From assembly GCA_049969935.1 (NCBI GenBank), contig JBMFNX010000001.1, forward strand, positions 77,270 through 141,269: a stretch of 64,000 nt of DNA. Reading direction: 5' to 3'. The notes under the pieces were generated by a model, which saw nothing but the letters and a program-made list of their open reading frames with translations, ran no database searches and was not told where the DNA came from. The DNA comes from Nitrososphaeria archaeon. Lineage in GTDB: Archaea > Thermoproteota > Nitrososphaeria > JACIWG01. Positions 59,653 through 64,000 of this stretch are shown here, piece after piece. The first letter of the stretch is position 1; each line of letters starts with the position of its first letter. The position numbers were made by a program, and so were the translations under genes.

Positions 59653-61325
59653 ACTGGAGGAACGTATTCAGACTGGTAGGTGTTCACGTTAAAGCGTCTA
59701 GGGTTGTTAGAGGTGTAAAGTTTAGGCGTTTTAGAGAAAACAGGTTTCTAAAATTTGTTTGGTACATTATTTCAGTAGGCTTGGGAATATTTTTAGGCTT
59801 AACAATAGGAAACCTCTACACATCAACCTCAGACATGTTTTTTAAGCAGACGATTTCAGGATACATAGTAAATATTTTGATAACTATTCCAACAATAGCA
59901 CTCCTTTACGCGATCATATTCACTCAAATGAGCCAGTATCAGAGAATCGGTGTAAAGGTTACAGTTCAACCACTCTACTGGCTTCCCATAACATGGGAGG
60001 AGCGTACTCTTGCCTCAATCATAGCAAACATTATTGGACCACCACTATATATAACAGCATCTATCATATCATTCATAATTGTTATCTCAACATTCTCTAA
60101 CATGGTTCCATTGGCCTTACTCACAATTTTCTCACTTTTGGCCAGCCTAATTATGGCAAGCATAACAACCGAGACACTAAAAGTTCTGCAAGCAAGAATT
60201 TATGGTGCAATAAATAGGGCAGCCGGTAGAGCAGCAGTCTGGATAAGGCTTATAGCATCAATCTTATCATTCATAATCTTTTACACAATGTACTTTTCAC
60301 TATACTATAATGTTTCACCCCAAATCCTTCTCGAATGGGTTGTTACTGGCCAGAAGATGCTCTGGTTTATACCGTACCTTTGGCCTAGTGTAGCGCTTTC
60401 AGCATACGTTTCAGGCATGCTTGTTGAAACTGTAGCGTACCCGATTTTCTCAATAGCTTTCATTTACCTTCTATTCATAGCTGCTGTACGCTTGAACTCT
60501 AAATTTGGCTTATATGAAATACCTTCTATCAAGGTTTCGAAAGGAGTTTATGTTCCGAAAGCAGGTTTCCTTGAAAGGTTAGGCTTCTCACCTATTGAGG
60601 CAGCGATTTTGAGGAAAGACTTCAAAGCGTTAACTAGGAGACTTGAGCTAATGTACATTTTTGCAATGCCAGTAATCATAACAATTATGCCCCTCATTAC
60701 AATAGTTAGAGAAGAAACGCCAATACCTATAATGCAACTATTTTTATGGATCTACATGACATTGGTTCCAGGAGCATTTATGGCAATGATGATAGGCAGC
60801 CTTATTGTAGGCTCAGAAGGTGGAAGCTTCTGGTATATACGTGCATCACCGGTTTCTGCAAAAAGTTTTGTTAAAGCAAAATATTCCTTTACAATAATAT
60901 TTAGTGCAATTGTAGCATTGGTTTGTGCACTTGTTGCCATAGTTTTTGGAATACCGTCCACTAAAATTTTAATCACAGGCCTGCTAGAATCGATCTTTTC
61001 AATTATAGCTTTATCGATGATTGGACTTGTTTGCGGTATAAAGGGTGCGGATTTTAGAGAGAAGCCTAGACCAAGAATGATTAGACCCGAATGGAGTATA
61101 ATCAACTTTATCGCAGCCATTATAGTGGAGTTAGCTATAGTTGCACCACTAGCCCCCTACGCAATACAGCTAATACTACAATTTCATATTCCAGAATACT
61201 ATTTCTATCTAGCACTTTTTATAAGTGGAGCTGTAGCGTTAACGGCAACCTATATAGCATATCCTACAGCATTAAAAAGTGCAGAGGAACTGTTGATGAA
61301 ACAAGAACGTATCCAGCTTACATAA
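59649..61325 (+). CDS. ABC-2-type transporter permease
   Basis: The 558-aa product has 10 or more hydrophobic helices and is translationally coupled to the ATPase gene (ATGA overlap). Confidence 0.6.
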   Translation: MNWRNVFRLVGVHVKASRVVRGVKFRRFRENRFLKFVWYIISVGLGIFLGLTIGNLYTSTSDMFFKQTISGYIVNILITIPTIALLYAIIFTQMSQYQRIGVKVTVQPLYWLPITWEERTLASIIANIIGPPLYITASIISFIIVISTFSNMVPLALLTIFSLLASLIMASITTETLKVLQARIYGAINRAAGRAAVWIRLIASILSFIIFYTMYFSLYYNVSPQILLEWVVTGQKMLWFIPYLWPSVALSAYVSGMLVETVAYPIFSIAFIYLLFIAAVRLNSKFGLYEIPSIKVSKGVYVPKAGFLERLGFSPIEAAILRKDFKALTRRLELMYIFAMPVIITIMPLITIVREETPIPIMQLFLWIYMTLVPGAFMAMMIGSLIVGSEGGSFWYIRASPVSAKSFVKAKYSFTIIFSAIVALVCALVAIVFGIPSTKILITGLLESIFSIIALSMIGLVCGIKGADFREKPRPRMIRPEWSIINFIAAIIVELAIVAPLAPYAIQLILQFHIPEYYFYLALFISGAVALTATYIAYPTALKSAEELLMKQERIQLT

Positions 61326-61339
61326 AAAAATATTATTAA

Positions 61340-61875
61340 ATCATCTTGGTTTGCAGACTAGTTCATAAATCTTTCTTCTCTTCTCCTTCAAACCGTAGAC
61401 TGTTTTCAGTTGCAGAAAATCGCTACATTTAATGGCTTCCATTATAATAGCTGTGTCACCACCACCCTTTTCATAACCTAGTCTTCCAGTACCAGCAACA
61501 GCGATAACCTCTTCAACTGACTGAATAAGTCCAACATCGGTTGCAACAAGAACAATTTCAACACAAACTTTAATCCATTCACCAAAACGCTACAAAGTTC
61601 TCTTAACATCATCTGGAAAAACATATTTTACATCTTGAGCCAAAACAAGATTATGACCCAACTGCTTCAACTTCAAATTTTCAGAAGAACTTGACGCACT
61701 TAAACCGACAACGGGAATCTTGACATTTGAGTCCTTGAAAACTTCTAGAGCCTTTTCAGCACTATATCCTGTAATAGACGCTAGAACAACATTCCTAATA
61801 CATCCCTTCTCAACCCTTTCTTTAGCAAGCCTAAGAGTTTCTTCTATATTATGCCTTTCATCGAATCAAAATAGA
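61340..61875 (-). pseudogene. decayed gene for a PK_C-like (pyruvate kinase C-terminal-domain-like) protein, with an in-frame TAG and no usable start codon
   Basis: The minus-strand frame reads ...FDERHNIEETLRLAKERVEKGCIRNVVLASITGYSAEKALEVFKDSNVKIPVVGLSASSSSENLKLKQLGHNLVLAQDVKYVFPDDVKRTL-TAG-RFGEWIKVCVEIVLVATDVGLIQSVEEVIAVAGTGRLGYEKGGGDTAIIMEAIKCSDF. A stop lies immediately upstream of the F. Confidence 0.4.
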
Positions 61876-62150
61876 CAATCTTCTCCTACAAAGAAACCGC
61901 CAATTCATACTATATTATTTATAAAATTTTAACTTGATGTTGTCACGATAATTTTTTACCTGTTGGTCTAATGTTTTTTGTTTATTGGTTTTTTGTCTTG
62001 CTTGATTTTTGCTTATGTCTGGTTTATGGTTTTGTTAAGTGGATACTGTCAAGTTATGGGTGTTTGTGGTCTTTTTAATGTTTGATGTTATGTTGTTGAA
62101 GAATCTTTTGAACTTAAGAGTTAAAAAAAGGATTGTGCCACAGTAGATTT

Positions 62151-63353
62151 TTATCCTATTTTCCCTAAGCCCATTATGTAAGTGTATGATTCTTTGCTTC
62201 CAAGCAGATACACTTGCCCCTCTCTTGTAGCACGTATTATCCAAACGTTTGAAGCGGGTATTGGAAGGTTCAGGCTGTAGGCTGAAAGAATGTTTCCGCT
62301 AAAGTCTAGGACGATGACAGATCCGGCGACAGTTTCCCAAGAATATCCCTGACTATATAATGCATAGACTCTGTTTGATGAAACGCCAATGTCAAAGTAT
62401 AGGTAGGGCCAGCTGTCTCCTTGCATAATTTCTGGAAAACTATGCTGCCACACTATTGAACCGGTCTCCCTATCAAGCATAAAGAGAAAACCTTGGCATG
62501 AATAAATCCAGCCCCAGCCGGGGTTAGTAGCGTTCCACATACTGACTCCTACAAAAATTTTGCCAGAAACCTCTCTAATATTATTGCATTGGTAATAGAG
62601 AGAGCTGAACACTGTACTACTAGTTCCAGAGAAGATTCTGGCCCAAACGCGCTCCCCACCAGAAGAGAACTTCTGAACTTCGCTAACCCAGCACCAGAAT
62701 CCGGTGAGCCGCCAGTATCCTATAACCGTGTAAACGTCATCCTCTCCTCCTACAAAGAGTCTATAGGGATAATAATATCCTCCAAATGGGGTTTCCGATG
62801 GCACAACCTCTTTCGTATAAACTTTGTTAAATCTGCTGTCATATTTTATTAGGTATGCTCTATGATTACTTTCATTTGCCATGAGGATGTAGAGGTTCCC
62901 ATATTTTGTTAACGCTGCGTCAGTGTAGTAGCAGTTTTCCGGCTCCTCCAACGTCCAAAGAAGCCTTCCTCCCCAAGTGTAGACGTTAACAAACTCTTTA
63001 TCGTTGCTGTTGTTGTAGCAGACGCCTGCAAACCTTCCCTTAGCTAAAGAAACTGTGTACACTTCCTCCGCTCTCCGAATCCTATACTGTTCCCTAATAT
63101 GCCCAAATGGGCTTATTCTAGCATAGTATGCGGCATAGGGTTCTTCAGTATATGTTGTAATGTGCAGTGACCCGTCCATGTACACTTCTCCAGCATCAAG
63201 ATAACCTTGTATAGTCTTAACCCACTTCGGAGAAACTGTTGAATCAAATGCTTTAGCGTCCAGAACTCCAGAAAACATTGCAAGAACAATTGTAAAAATA
63301 GATAGAGCTACCGTGGCATTCCTAAACATATTCATGCGACCTTGCGCTTGCAT
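62151..63353 (-). CDS. secreted protein with beta-propeller-like (PQQ-like) repeats
   Basis: The signal peptide is MFRNATVALSIFTIVLAMFSGVLDA. Repeated aromatic/Gly-rich beta-strand blocks follow, such as YYYPYRLFVGGEDDVYTVIGYW and SIVWQHSF. Confidence 0.4.
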   Translation of the reverse strand: MQAQGRMNMFRNATVALSIFTIVLAMFSGVLDAKAFDSTVSPKWVKTIQGYLDAGEVYMDGSLHITTYTEEPYAAYYARISPFGHIREQYRIRRAEEVYTVSLAKGRFAGVCYNNSNDKEFVNVYTWGGRLLWTLEEPENCYYTDAALTKYGNLYILMANESNHRAYLIKYDSRFNKVYTKEVVPSETPFGGYYYPYRLFVGGEDDVYTVIGYWRLTGFWCWVSEVQKFSSGGERVWARIFSGTSSTVFSSLYYQCNNIREVSGKIFVGVSMWNATNPGWGWIYSCQGFLFMLDRETGSIVWQHSFPEIMQGDSWPYLYFDIGVSSNRVYALYSQGYSWETVAGSVIVLDFSGNILSAYSLNLPIPASNVWIIRATREGQVYLLGSKESYTYIMGLGKIG

Positions 63354-63483
63354 AAAAATTTTTACTCTCTAATGCTATATGAAATTTTGCATGCGTAGGC
63401 TTTGGCAGAAAAGTTTGTCTCACGGTCTAATGCAATGTTTTGATAGGGTGAATTGTCTTGAATGTTCTCTTGCTACTGACAGG

Positions 63484-64000
63484 CTATTTTCGCCTTCTCT
63501 TTTTCAAGGCTATTAAAGCGATGATGGAGAAAGCAACTGGAATTGCGACAATATATAATGTGTAAGGTTGTGGCTGTAGAGGTGTTTCAGTGGCTGCTGG
63601 CGCAAGCAATATTATAATATGATGTTGCGAGTTAAAGTACTCGAAATGTATCCAATACCTTTGGTCTGACTCTTCCACTTTAAAGGGCACCTGTACACTG
63701 TCGAAGAACACTTTTGGTGTAGCCTTAACCATGTCCCTTGGAAGGCCGAGTTTAATGAAGCCTCTTGTCCCATTCTTTCCGCCTACGGTGAAGGATATTG
63801 CCTCGATTGTCCTATTATAGTAGAAGTTTGAGATTGTGGAGTTGGTGAGCAAGTACACTTCCCTATCTGTTCCCTGGAAGTTGACTGTGAAATTGTATGT
63901 GTAATGTCTATTTTCTGTAAATAGGGGTATAAGCCTCCAAGCTCCAACAAACTCTCCTGAAACATAGTATGTGACAAAGTCTACTGGAACCGAAGCCGGT
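63484..64000 (-). CDS. C-terminal part of a secreted, membrane-anchored protein; the N-terminus lies beyond the window end
   Basis: The frame is open to the window edge. N-glycosylation sequons are present (NST, NRT, NGT). The C-terminus has a Pro/Thr-rich spacer, the transmembrane helix IVAIPVAFSIIALIAL and a KKRRRK tail. Confidence 0.4.
   Translation of the reverse strand, partial: PASVPVDFVTYYVSGEFVGAWRLIPLFTENRHYTYNFTVNFQGTDREVYLLTNSTISNFYYNRTIEAISFTVGGKNGTRGFIKLGLPRDMVKATPKVFFDSVQVPFKVEESDQRYWIHFEYFNSQHHIIILLAPAATETPLQPQPYTLYIVAIPVAFSIIALIALKKRRRK

Noticed and set aside
61340-61875. The in-frame TAG read as pyrrolysine or another recoded sense codon
   Set aside because: TAG terminates intact genes in this window, for example pcm at 2493-2495. 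No pyl genes are visible, and the same gene also lacks a start codon, so decay is the more economical explanation.
61720-61932. A 70-aa plus-strand ORF
   Set aside because: It is antisense to the better-supported, though decayed, PK_C-like reading frame on the minus strand and has no coding signal of its own.

Overview
The window reads as an A+T-rich archaeal chromosome segment with protein-coding DNA at roughly 30-35% GC. Embedded in it is a very GC-rich 16S-23S rRNA operon on the minus strand, which suggests a thermophile. Proteins are Lys/Ile/Glu-rich, and TAA, TAG and TGA are all used as stops. About the first 55 kb is a dense core-information region. It carries FEN-1, PIMT, diphthine synthase, flavin-cofactor enzymes, Taw1, a proteasome beta subunit, NMNAT, an FKBP, pyrH, aRF1, a ValRS-like synthetase, an Orc1/Cdc6 gene with a recognisable ORB-type replication origin beside it, both PolD subunits, glyA, Sec61beta, RPA, an Lhr helicase, Hef, primase PriL/PriS, a Gins51-like protein, L44e, S27e, PCNA, eIF2alpha, Nop10 and AglB, plus eight tRNA genes, several with introns. 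The 23S rRNA gene is interrupted by an intron of roughly 690 nt that encodes a LAGLIDADG homing endonuclease. From about 55.6 kb the window turns accessory. It holds a compositionally distinct IS-like element with 15-bp terminal inverted repeats and a frameshifted transposase, a Thr-rich surface beta-helix protein, a HEPN/nucleotidyltransferase toxin-antitoxin pair, an ABC transporter, a decayed PK_C-like gene and secreted or anchored proteins. Several genes look non-canonical or broken and deserve a second look. These are Nop10, which needs a +1 shift at CCC-TAA-A; a tRNA-Met carrying two complementary 14-nt insertions and a 13-bp leader-trailer stem; a proteasome beta subunit with Thr1 replaced by Ala; a ValRS-like gene with degenerate HIGH and KMSKS motifs; and an HD-domain gene with in-frame stops. 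No CRISPR arrays, Cas genes or restriction-modification genes were seen. All coordinates are from manual reading and are approximate to within a few nt for RNA ends.
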